From a virus, in IMG/VR virus record IMGVR_UViG_3300010885_014887, positions 4,464 through 68,463 of that record: 64,000 nucleotides of DNA; one strand, given 5' to 3'. Below, in pieces: positions 13,301 to 21,821 of the stretch. Position numbers and translations under genes: made by a program. The notes beneath the pieces were generated by a model. The model was not told the origin of the DNA. It searched no databases and was given only the letters and a program-made list of their open reading frames with translations. Every line of letters begins with the position of its first letter. Position 1 is the stretch's first letter.

Positions 13301-16300
13301 ATATTTCTATTAAACCAAGTAGTTACAATAGTAAACCTTTCAACACAGTTAAAATTGACACAACAGAAAATAATTATGGATTATTTAAATATCAAGTAGC
13401 AGGTTATGTTAGAGATGAAGATGTTGATCATGTTGTGATTAATGAGTCAGCATTATTAAATTATGATACAACACTCTTCAAAGAAAAAGATAAAATATGG
13501 TTAGGATATACTTCTAATAATGATTGGAACGTTTATGAATATCTTAATACTAATATAACGATTACAGGATGGACTGCATCTGATAATATTATTTCTTTAG
13601 AATGTAATATTGCTCCTGATGTTAGTGTAGATGATATAATTGTTTTATCAAATCTAGATGCTCTTGATGGCTCATATAAAGTACAGAGTGTTTATAATAA
13701 TATTATAGACATTTATACATTTAATTCTACAATCTTTACTATACAAGATAATATAACTTCCGGAATAGTTCATTTAATGAAATCATCTAGATTTGCTTCG
13801 TTATCGGCTGTATCGGCAAATAGATATAACACTAAGAATATACTTGGTGACACTATCTGGGTAGATACTGATAAAGACGGTAATTGGTTAGTTTTGGAAA
13901 ATCAAAGTGCTTTTACTAAGTCTGAAGTACCTGCAAGATATCAAATAGCTAATCAATTATATGGTCACGAAGTTAAACTTAGTGCTGATAATAAATGGAT
14001 GTTCGTTACTTGTTTAAATTATAAGTCAGGAATTATAGTTGTATATAATCGAGCATCAAATACAGATACTTGGACTTTCGTACAGCCAATAGTATTTCCT
14101 GATACATATTTCTCCGATTCAAATTCCGATTCAAAATTTGGAACAAGTATTGATGTTACTGACGATGGATCTGTTGTTGTAGTTGGCTGCACAGATGTTA
14201 GTAATTTAACATATGATTCTAGTTATTATAATACTTACGGGATTTACTTTGGAGTTGATATTGGACCACCAAGCAATAGAGTAAATCAAGGAGCCGCTGT
14301 AGTATATGTTTACAATTCAACTACCAAAGTATACGAGTTAGATGCTGTAATTGGATCTTACGTACAAACTGATAATGAGAAGTTTGGTAATAAAGTAAAG
14401 ATAGCAAATGATGGAACTAATCTTTGGTTGTTTGTTTCTAGTAAAAATTATAATAACGATAGTGGAAGAGTACAGATATTTAGAAAGACTAATGGATTCT
14501 GGAGAGCAAATGCTCAAACTACATTAGGATCTTCTGGAAGTACTGGTGATATGCGTGGATACGATATTGATTGTACTAACAGTGCAACTAAAGTTGTTAT
14601 ATCTGCTCCTTATGCTTCTAATGGTATATCAAAATCTGGAGAGGTTTTAGTATATGAGAGAGTAGGAAATACATTTAATCTTATCGCTCAAATAAATTCT
14701 AGTACATTAGTTTCAGCAGTTGTTAACGATGTAACAACAAATACTTACTTAGATGATAATGATTATTTTGGATATAGTGTTGCTATTACTAAAAACTATC
14801 TGTTTGTTTCGGCACCTGGTCACGATACTTATGGATCTAATGTTGGTGCTGTTTATAAGTTTTCCTTAACAACTAATACTACTTTTAATAAAACTTACAA
14901 GTTATCTCAATTGATACTTCCACCTATCGTTAATACTAATGAAAGATTTGGTACTAAACTATCAATTAATCCTTTAAATACTGTTTTAGCAATATCAGCA
15001 ATTGGCGGAAATAGTATAGTTCAAACAACATTTGATGGGTATTCTGAAAGGATATCATCAGCAACTTACGAATTAAATCCTGACAGCATTAAGATAACCG
15101 GAACTACATATGACGGAAACTCAACATCATTTTATGATAATGCATTATATACTGGTGCTGTTTATGTTTATAATAAATTTGATGAAAATTATATCTACGG
15201 TGATAGATTAATACCAGTAGAATTTTTAGAATCAGATGATAAATTTGGTTCATCTATTTCCGTAACTGATAATTCTATTATTGTTGGAACACCTAGTAGA
15301 CTTGTTGGAAACGAGAGACGAGGTACAGTTTTTGTATTTGATTATAATAAATTAAGTTGGAATATTAAAAATTCACAGAATTCTTTAGTTGATATTTCTA
15401 AATTTAAGAAAGCATTTATCTACAATTCAAAGCAGAACACACTGATTGAGTCGCTTGATTTCTATGATCCACTTAAGGGAAGAATACCATCAATTGCAGA
15501 TCAAGAACTCAAATATCAGACTTACTACGATCCTGCCGTGTATCAATATGGTGTTGATACAGAAGTATCTGTTGATGAGAGTATGCCATGGACCGACGAA
15601 CATGTTGGTGAATTGTGGTGGGATCTATCCAAGGTAAAGTTTACTTGGTATGAACAAGGTGATTCAACTTTCAGGAATAATAACTGGGGCCGTATCTTTA
15701 CAGGTTGTACAATTGACATATATGAATGGGTTGAAACTACATATCTACCAAGCAAGTGGGCTGAGTTAGCAGATACAGAAACAGGTGTTGCTCTTGGAAT
15801 CAGTGGTATACCAAAAGATATAGACAACTTCACATGGAGTAGTAAATTTAAATACGATTCGATTAGCGGAACTAAAACTACCCTATATTACTATTGGGTT
15901 AAAAATAAAAATATAGTTCCTAATATTAGTAGCCGATACTTAAGTTGTGCTGATGTAGCCAGATTAATTTTAGATCCTAAATCTCAAGGTTATCAATATG
16001 TCTGTATAACAAGTGAAAATACACTGTCCTTAACTAATATCGCAAATAAGTTAATCGACACTGATATATCTTTAAATCTACAATTTTATGAAGTAGAAAA
16101 TACTGATTTATTAGTACACAGAGAATATGCTCTAATAGCAAAGGATGATAAGAATGCTATTATTCCTCCTTCGATTGAAACTAAATGGTTTGATAGTCTT
16201 ATCGGATCAAATATCAAAGGTCAATCACTACCTGATATGAAGCTTAATAAAAAGCAAAGATATGGTAATTTAAATAGCCCAAGGCAGTCTTGGTTTATCA

Positions 16301-19300
16301 ATAGATTTGAAGCATTAAAGCAGTTATTTGAGTACACAAATACTGTATTAAGAACTGTATCTACTCCGATAGTAGATGAGATTAATTTTGAAAAATTAAA
16401 TAAAAATGATCCAATTCCTACATTGATGTCAGGAACAATTGATAAAATTATTGATGTTCATTATGAATTAAAATTTATCGGAACAGTAAAACTTAAGACA
16501 GCCAAACTTTCAATACAAGTAATAAACGGAAAATTAACTAATATCTTTATAGATAATCCTGGATATGGTTATGGTTGTAATAAAGTGTATGCACATGATA
16601 TTTTTGGTGCTCCAACTTCTTGGTACGGTCCCGAAGTTGATATAAATGGAACTGGAAAAGGCGCTAAAGTACAGACTGTAATTAATGCACAAGGTAAAGT
16701 TATAGAGGCTTTAATAATTAAAGCAGGAGAGCAATACGATAAAAATGACACGACTCTAATTGTAAGAGATTTTACTGTTCTAATTAATAACGATGAGGAA
16801 TCGAATAATTCGTGGAGTATGTACAGGTGGAAATCCTTAACTAACGAATGGGTAAAATTTAAAACTCAATCATTTGATGTAACACGATATTGGAAAAAGA
16901 AAGATTGGTATTTAAACGGATACGGATTAGATTCTGATATCATTTATCAAATTGATCGAACAGTTGATCTTAATGGTCTTCCATCTAATGTTGGAGATAT
17001 AGTTAAGATTAATAATATCGGTTATGAAAATTGGTTATTGTTAGAAAGAATACAAGTTACAAATGATCCTGATTTTACTAAAGATTATCGAGTAGTAGGA
17101 AAAGAAAATGGAACTATTGAATTTTCCGATAAACTTTATAATCTATATAAAGATTTAGGATTTGATACTAAGAATAGTTATGATTTAGGATTTTACGATC
17201 AAAGTGTATCTGAAGAATTACGTATAATATTAGAAACATTGCGTGATAATATTTTTATTAACAGCCTAAGAGAAGAGTATATAAAGATATTCTTTAATAG
17301 CGTTTACTATGTTTTAAGTGAACAATTATATACTGATTGGTGTTTTAAAACTAGTTTCTTAAAAATTAATCATTCTGTTGGATCTCTCAAGCAGAGAAAA
17401 ACTTTCCAGAGTGACGAAGTTGCTAGTTATGAATCATTCTTAGAAGAAGCTAAACCATATAAGACTAAAGTTAGAGAATGGGTGACTTCTTATGATTCGT
17501 TAGACACTTCTGATAACGTAATAACAGATTTTGATTTACCATCATATTACAATGTTAATAACAAACTAATTGAAAGAACACGAATTTCAAGTGATAATGT
17601 TGAGTTATATCCTTGGAAAAATTGGTTTGATAATTACAAATATCAAATTACAGATATAGTGTTAACAGATAGTGGAAGTAATTATGTAAACACTCCTATG
17701 GTAATTATTTCCGGCGGCGGCGGTTCTGGCGCAAAGGCATCTGCTTATCTTGCAAACGGAAAAGTTTATAGGATTGCAATTGATGATCCTGGTAAAGGAT
17801 ATACATCAGTTCCTACAATATTCATAAGTGGTGATAACGGTAATAGTTCTCCTACTAGAGCAAAGGCCCATGCTAAAATTGGTAAAACTTTAGTAAGAAC
17901 TAATTCTATTGGTATGAAATTTGACAGAATATCTTTTGGAAAAGAAATTAAGAATTTTAGATATACTGATAGTTTTAAAGGTACAGGAACTCAAAAAACA
18001 TTTAAATTGACATTTGCTCCTGAAATTGAAAAACATAAATTTACAATTCTTATCAATGATATTGAATATTATGGATCACAATATGAGATTTCTATTGTAG
18101 AAAGCAAACATGATAGTTATACAACATTTGATGGCTATATTATTTTCGCAATAGCACCGATATCAGAGTCTAAAATTACAGTAACTTATGATAAGAATAT
18201 TGATTTATATTCGGCTATTGATAGGATTGATTATGCTTATAATCCGACAGCCGGACAGTTTGGTATTAACTATATCTATAATCCAGTTACAAAAGAGTAT
18301 GAAAAAGATTTCAGTCAGTTAATGACAGGAATTGATTATAGTGGTGTAACTGTTACTAGTATTGATTTTGAAATTGCTGGTGGTTGGGATGTACTAGATT
18401 GGGATATATCTGCCTGGGACGGAATTATCACAAGTAATGATGATCAAGTCGAAGTAGTTACTGGTAATCCACCTAATAGAGTTTATACACTTCAGTATAT
18501 TCCATTAGTCGGTGAACAGATTAATGTTTATCTAACCTATGCCGGAACTACAGAAACTACAGATAATGTTAGATTAAATTATAATTTCCAAGGAAACGGT
18601 ACTGATAACACACTAACAATCCCTTCAACTATAACATTACATACAAATGATCTATTAACTTTCCGTAAGAGTACAAGTGACGGATCGATATTGATAACAG
18701 ATAGAAGTTTAATTGATTCTACTATAACCGGCGGAGATTTCTCAGTACATTCTTCAGCTTATGGTATTGCCTCTGAAGATTTAATTATTGATGGTGATGG
18801 ATTTGTTACTTCTGATACAGGGCATGGTCCTGAGGAATTAGTTTCGGGACAAGTCTTTGATACCCTATCAGTTAAAGTATATCATACACCTTCATCAGGA
18901 GGACCAAATGTATATGTTTATAACTATACCGGTAATGGAATTAATAATGTGTTTAACATTGATCAACTACCAGCAACGAACAAAAGTTTGATAGCGATAG
19001 TTGATAATGTATCGGTAGAATTTTCAATTGATTTCATGGATAAAACAGTTACTCTTGTTAATACTCCTGATAATAACTCAAGGATAGTTCTTGCTGTATT
19101 TGATACTGCTGGATATGATATCCTAGATAAATTACTAACAATTGGAGATGGAAATACTCAAGATTTCTTAACAGCAGCATATTATTCTAAAGATAATATT
19201 ACAGTATATGTAACAGTTGATGGTATTGAAGTTGGAGCAGATATTAAGTCTAGCGATAACACATATGAAGTTGTAGGTAACGTAGTAGTTACACTTAACG

Positions 19301-21135
19301 AAAAACCAGCAATTGATTCAGTAATACAGATTATAGTATTTTCTGGAAACTTTAAGAAATATAGTAAAATGATAACAGAAAATATTGCTGTAGTATCAGG
19401 ACAATCAATTTATAGTCTTGCTAACGTACCTGCGGTAAAAGGACCAATATCAGCAAGTGTATTTGTCGCAGTTGACGATGAGTATTTAATTGCTCCTAAC
19501 TATAAAAATTATATCTATTCTAGTTCCTCATTAGAAATTGACGACAATAGATATCAACCATTTTCGTTAACCCAATCTAATATTAATGTTTATCGAAACG
19601 GTATAAAGTTAGTTTCATCAACAGATTATGTATTAAATCCAGCAACTAACATAATATCAATTACATCGAGTGCAAATGCCATTAATGGTGACGAAATTAC
19701 TGTAGAAATACTTAAAACTTATGATTATCAGATAATAGGTAATCAATTGTTTATTTCTTATGATCTAACAGGTAAAAATACTATTAAAATAACTACTTTT
19801 ACAAATCATGACATTGTTAAAATGAAGAGAGTTAGCAAAGGATTTAGTTTTGCTACTGGATTTAATCTACTTGGATTTGATATTTTTAGTGTACCATTTA
19901 CAACTAATAACAGTGGTATTTTTGACTTACCAAATACATTATCTAATACTAGTGGCATATTTGTAGTATTAAGCCATAAAATATTAGAACAAAATATTGA
20001 TTATGTAATACTTGATAATAGGAAGCAAATTAAAGTTATATTACCTCTTATGTTAGATAGTAGTGATTACATTGAAATTATTACTACAAATAGTCAAACA
20101 GTACGTCCTAGTTTTGGATTTAATATATTTAAAGATATGTTAAATCGTGTATCATACAAGGTATTAGATAAAACTAAAATTACTAAACTTGCTAAAGAAT
20201 TAACTGTTTATGATACTGAAATTATTGTAACTGATGGGTCAGTACTAACTTCTGTCCTTAACAATCAAACCAAAGGATCTAGAATTCCTGGAGTCATTGA
20301 GATCAACGGAGAGCGGATTGAATACTTTGTAAAGAATGGTAATATCATTAGTCAATTAAGAAGAGCTACTTTAGGTACTAGTATTAATAGCATTGTCCCT
20401 GTAGGTACCCAAGTTTTTGACATCGGATCTAAGTTAAATATTCCATATTCTGATTCAGAATCTAAAAGAACAGCATATGGTGATCACGTAATACCAACTG
20501 ATCCGACATCTCCATTAAAACAAGTTTTTGATTTAGATTTTATTCCAAGAGTAACTACATTACCTAGTCCGTATTTTTATAACGATACCTTAGATATAAA
20601 TGGAACTTGGTATAGAAAAACTACAATTTCAACATCTGCAACACCTGCAGGTACTTTTATTATAGGTAGAATTTATGTTATTGACTTTAAAGGAACTACT
20701 AACTTTAAAGCATTTGGAGCATCTGAAAATAAAATAGGAATTAAATTTAAAGCAACAAGTGTAGGATCTGGTTCTGGAAAAGCATTACTAGTCACTTACC
20801 CAAGTATTCCTGCAAATTTTGGACAATGCGATGGAATTGAAGTATATGTTGGTGGGCGCCGATTAAACAAATCTCCTATGTCAATATATGATCAAACTAT
20901 GGGACAAGATAGTTATAATGGTGTATCTGATAAGCAGATTGAAGCAGAATTTTCAGTTGATGGTATTAGCAAGTCAGTAAGACTAACAGTGGCTCCAGCA
21001 GCAGGAGAACGGGTTGTAATCATATCAAAATTAGGCAAGATATGGCAGAAATATGATGAAAAGATTCCGTTAATTTTTAGTAATACTCCAGTTGCTAAGT
21101 TCCTAAACACAAGAGAGGTAGATTTACCTAAATAA
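7399..21135 (+). CDS. Giant (4578 aa) multidomain virion/baseplate structural protein
   Basis: Single 13.7-kb ORF following the gp6-like gene. It contains a cupredoxin-like insert, CBM5/12-like W..Y..D.V repeats, FG-GAP-like repeats and GxGY/GGGGSGA repeats; GGAG RBS upstream. Confidence 0.75.
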   Translation: MAQNNQDEFPLTTGLESQIKRQTARHLPNFFRTDPNKKFLGGTLDPLTQPGKLTRINSYIGRKDIPNYEFTDNYIEEDTTARQSYQLEPSFVHDDIVTGNVEWYADYNDYINSLKYFGVFTGNHSNLNKSEAYSWDPHIDWDKFVNYKEYYWLPNGPDPITVYGEKETIVSQYTVTSRKDDDNVAYIFSPDGLSVNPLLTLYRGQTYNFTIDAKGAPFCIKTKPEVGPSYFYNTGVNLQSVESGKLIFTVPLEAPSLLFYMNSKDANTVGIIEIKDIVEATHLDVEASIIGMKTVSIMKTDVNPSGTELINGLKLKFSGNVLPEKYATGYWYVEGVGSKIKLINSTDLDSPLTYGNTVEAPFDAQPFDSYPWETAENYSGTKDYILINRASKDRNNWSRNNRWFHINVINTTSAANNRVSLFAQSQRAIRPIIEFASDIKLFNNGWIAKQDVDLIDTITTDVFSTIEGKIEYWIDEEKVYPGYRILFTADTDTTVVGRIFQVVNIFNANENKNQLSLQSVSDSEPLDGEVVYARKGSVNKGNSYYYQDGVWSKSQIKNALNQTPLFDLFDESYNSYSDKINYPFSTFSGNKIFSYAIGTGKSDTELGFSLAYRAIDNVGDIEFSFDLQKESWIYQENNIITSVNSYEGFFRKLNDNNTFSYSNGWVRTYKNLEQPVVRVLKVTKVTDLIPIDVYNESANLTDLSVRVYVAKTDGVLKKVEPSTISFEKINGFYYIKFASSLEIGNRVVYKVKSTSNKNARGYYEIPHNWQNNPLNETVDSFTFGEVIDHVSTIIDNILPFSGNFPGISNLASLGSISHYGQRFLQHAGSMPLATFVLTDKHANIIKSLRYTAKKYTSFKKEFVRLATNTGVDGTPAEIVDSILNGYTTAKSFDQSAFFYSDMAASGAASVRNYTVNDPRLPVFVIDKIFTPMTSDKRQILIYVNDDQLLYGIDYEFETVDAFVRILSPLKIGDKILIKDYINTDGRSYIPFTPSKLGLFPSYVPRIYVDDTYVTPTKVIQGHDGSITVAYNDYRDDVILELEKRIFNSRKVNYDPLMFNIDDVMGGYYRKTDFSNGEVNNLLLNDFLRWNSVADLNLNSNDYYVEENSFTYNYNSSLTPNSNESLYGYWRGIYKYFYDTDRPHTCPWEMQGFTIKPKWWDSVYGEAPYTSENRIMWDNIEKGLIADPAYLRINLRYTRSGLKNYIPVNADGDLLSPLDSSLAQAFSLITARNDYSFSDQAPVETAWRRSSEFPYSVISTMCLLRGSEFIGKMWDRFTIKRNIAGQIYSTKTGLKIQPSKLTFPNQTDPTNPNDPTALVTVTSGLVNFIEEYLFDAKYTNTDVYKDNIKSLDSKLSYRIGGFTSKEQISVLLDSRSPNATGTIFLPNENYKIFYNKSSPVDTITYSGVVIEKVGTSYPLWVSGYRYRANDHVTFQSEIYRCLSTHVSNNSLVLDSIAKFNQDSQYWIKSTTQRIGYKVRGYDSEKNYFEIFGYRKNNNDPVMNVGGISESYVQWETNRYYNKDQIVKTNDNTFYKAKYSHTASTSNFNTDLSKWTLLAKLPIVGGTSAIRRTQFGDNPIKINYGTILSTVQEVVDFLVGYQRRLEYWGFSFDEYSKELDVPLTWVTSAKEFMFWTLQNWAAGSVITLSPASNKISFSPLVKGSIDNTDTDFYDYSIFKADGAPLKADLTDIYREGSGFVIKPSDQTNDGIFHIRTNLVYKEHVILFDNRSIFNDVLYDKVPGYRQGRLKILGYKTMDWDGSYVSPGFMYDDAKIKDWQPNTDYMIGDVVKFKSYYFSALVNVLGKVEFSYMDGNWKQLESAPVAGLIPNFDYKTEQFRDFYSLDASNFDSNQEALARHLIGYQPRQYLANIINDEVSQYKFYQGFIKEKGTLNSITKLFDVLRASGFGNIDIKEEWAFKVGEFGATDAYSEIEFALDEEKFLHNPQNINLTENPLDFSDLSIYNITSNDISIKPSSYNSKPFNTVKIDTTENNYGLFKYQVAGYVRDEDVDHVVINESALLNYDTTLFKEKDKIWLGYTSNNDWNVYEYLNTNITITGWTASDNIISLECNIAPDVSVDDIIVLSNLDALDGSYKVQSVYNNIIDIYTFNSTIFTIQDNITSGIVHLMKSSRFASLSAVSANRYNTKNILGDTIWVDTDKDGNWLVLENQSAFTKSEVPARYQIANQLYGHEVKLSADNKWMFVTCLNYKSGIIVVYNRASNTDTWTFVQPIVFPDTYFSDSNSDSKFGTSIDVTDDGSVVVVGCTDVSNLTYDSSYYNTYGIYFGVDIGPPSNRVNQGAAVVYVYNSTTKVYELDAVIGSYVQTDNEKFGNKVKIANDGTNLWLFVSSKNYNNDSGRVQIFRKTNGFWRANAQTTLGSSGSTGDMRGYDIDCTNSATKVVISAPYASNGISKSGEVLVYERVGNTFNLIAQINSSTLVSAVVNDVTTNTYLDDNDYFGYSVAITKNYLFVSAPGHDTYGSNVGAVYKFSLTTNTTFNKTYKLSQLILPPIVNTNERFGTKLSINPLNTVLAISAIGGNSIVQTTFDGYSERISSATYELNPDSIKITGTTYDGNSTSFYDNALYTGAVYVYNKFDENYIYGDRLIPVEFLESDDKFGSSISVTDNSIIVGTPSRLVGNERRGTVFVFDYNKLSWNIKNSQNSLVDISKFKKAFIYNSKQNTLIESLDFYDPLKGRIPSIADQELKYQTYYDPAVYQYGVDTEVSVDESMPWTDEHVGELWWDLSKVKFTWYEQGDSTFRNNNWGRIFTGCTIDIYEWVETTYLPSKWAELADTETGVALGISGIPKDIDNFTWSSKFKYDSISGTKTTLYYYWVKNKNIVPNISSRYLSCADVARLILDPKSQGYQYVCITSENTLSLTNIANKLIDTDISLNLQFYEVENTDLLVHREYALIAKDDKNAIIPPSIETKWFDSLIGSNIKGQSLPDMKLNKKQRYGNLNSPRQSWFINRFEALKQLFEYTNTVLRTVSTPIVDEINFEKLNKNDPIPTLMSGTIDKIIDVHYELKFIGTVKLKTAKLSIQVINGKLTNIFIDNPGYGYGCNKVYAHDIFGAPTSWYGPEVDINGTGKGAKVQTVINAQGKVIEALIIKAGEQYDKNDTTLIVRDFTVLINNDEESNNSWSMYRWKSLTNEWVKFKTQSFDVTRYWKKKDWYLNGYGLDSDIIYQIDRTVDLNGLPSNVGDIVKINNIGYENWLLLERIQVTNDPDFTKDYRVVGKENGTIEFSDKLYNLYKDLGFDTKNSYDLGFYDQSVSEELRIILETLRDNIFINSLREEYIKIFFNSVYYVLSEQLYTDWCFKTSFLKINHSVGSLKQRKTFQSDEVASYESFLEEAKPYKTKVREWVTSYDSLDTSDNVITDFDLPSYYNVNNKLIERTRISSDNVELYPWKNWFDNYKYQITDIVLTDSGSNYVNTPMVIISGGGGSGAKASAYLANGKVYRIAIDDPGKGYTSVPTIFISGDNGNSSPTRAKAHAKIGKTLVRTNSIGMKFDRISFGKEIKNFRYTDSFKGTGTQKTFKLTFAPEIEKHKFTILINDIEYYGSQYEISIVESKHDSYTTFDGYIIFAIAPISESKITVTYDKNIDLYSAIDRIDYAYNPTAGQFGINYIYNPVTKEYEKDFSQLMTGIDYSGVTVTSIDFEIAGGWDVLDWDISAWDGIITSNDDQVEVVTGNPPNRVYTLQYIPLVGEQINVYLTYAGTTETTDNVRLNYNFQGNGTDNTLTIPSTITLHTNDLLTFRKSTSDGSILITDRSLIDSTITGGDFSVHSSAYGIASEDLIIDGDGFVTSDTGHGPEELVSGQVFDTLSVKVYHTPSSGGPNVYVYNYTGNGINNVFNIDQLPATNKSLIAIVDNVSVEFSIDFMDKTVTLVNTPDNNSRIVLAVFDTAGYDILDKLLTIGDGNTQDFLTAAYYSKDNITVYVTVDGIEVGADIKSSDNTYEVVGNVVVTLNEKPAIDSVIQIIVFSGNFKKYSKMITENIAVVSGQSIYSLANVPAVKGPISASVFVAVDDEYLIAPNYKNYIYSSSSLEIDDNRYQPFSLTQSNINVYRNGIKLVSSTDYVLNPATNIISITSSANAINGDEITVEILKTYDYQIIGNQLFISYDLTGKNTIKITTFTNHDIVKMKRVSKGFSFATGFNLLGFDIFSVPFTTNNSGIFDLPNTLSNTSGIFVVLSHKILEQNIDYVILDNRKQIKVILPLMLDSSDYIEIITTNSQTVRPSFGFNIFKDMLNRVSYKVLDKTKITKLAKELTVYDTEIIVTDGSVLTSVLNNQTKGSRIPGVIEINGERIEYFVKNGNIISQLRRATLGTSINSIVPVGTQVFDIGSKLNIPYSDSESKRTAYGDHVIPTDPTSPLKQVFDLDFIPRVTTLPSPYFYNDTLDINGTWYRKTTISTSATPAGTFIIGRIYVIDFKGTTNFKAFGASENKIGIKFKATSVGSGSGKALLVTYPSIPANFGQCDGIEVYVGGRRLNKSPMSIYDQTMGQDSYNGVSDKQIEAEFSVDGISKSVRLTVAPAAGERVVIISKLGKIWQKYDEKIPLIFSNTPVAKFLNTREVDLPK

Positions 21136-21143
21136 ATAAGAGA

Positions 21144-21821
21144 GTGACAATCATGCAGACAAAAGATAGTAAACCTAAAGAAACTAAGGATCAGGATAAA
21201 GATATGAAGACACAGCCTAATGAAACGGGACCTTTCCATATAGAGGGACATATTAAAATATTTGACCCAGAGTCAGGTCATGTCTATATCAATAAACGTA
21301 ATGCTATCCATTATGAAAATATGAGTTTAGCATTAGCACAGAGTCTTGCTAATAGTGGACAAGGTACTATCTATCAGATGGCATTTGGTAATGGGGGAAC
21401 AATTGTTGATCCTACGGGAATCATTACTTACTTAACTCCAAATAGTGTTGGCACCAACAGTACTCTTTATAATCAAACATATAAGAAAGTAGTAGATGAT
21501 CGAAGTGTATCTAATACTGATCCTACTCGTAATAAGATAGAATGGGAACATCTTACAGGTACTACTTATACTGATATTAAGGTATCTTGTTTGTTAGATT
21601 ACGGTGAACCATCCGGGCAGGAAGCATTTGACAATGGCGATAATAGCGGAGACTATGTTTTTGACGAATTAGGTCTCAAAGGATTTGACCCAACTGCAAC
21701 CGATAACGAAGGAAAATTATTAACTCACGTAATGTTCCATCCTGTACAAAAAAGTTTAAACAGATTAATACAAATAGATTATACAGTTCGCATTCAGAGC
21801 TTATCGGGGTTTAATGGATAA
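21144..21821 (+). CDS. Virion structural protein (baseplate/fibre attachment-like)
   Basis: MAFGNGG...YVFDELGL...LLTHVMFHPVQKSLNRLIQIDYTVRI pattern typical of tail/baseplate proteins; coupled to the next gene (TAATG). The start may be the ATG at 21153. Confidence 0.6.
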   Translation: MTIMQTKDSKPKETKDQDKDMKTQPNETGPFHIEGHIKIFDPESGHVYINKRNAIHYENMSLALAQSLANSGQGTIYQMAFGNGGTIVDPTGIITYLTPNSVGTNSTLYNQTYKKVVDDRSVSNTDPTRNKIEWEHLTGTTYTDIKVSCLLDYGEPSGQEAFDNGDNSGDYVFDELGLKGFDPTATDNEGKLLTHVMFHPVQKSLNRLIQIDYTVRIQSLSGFNG

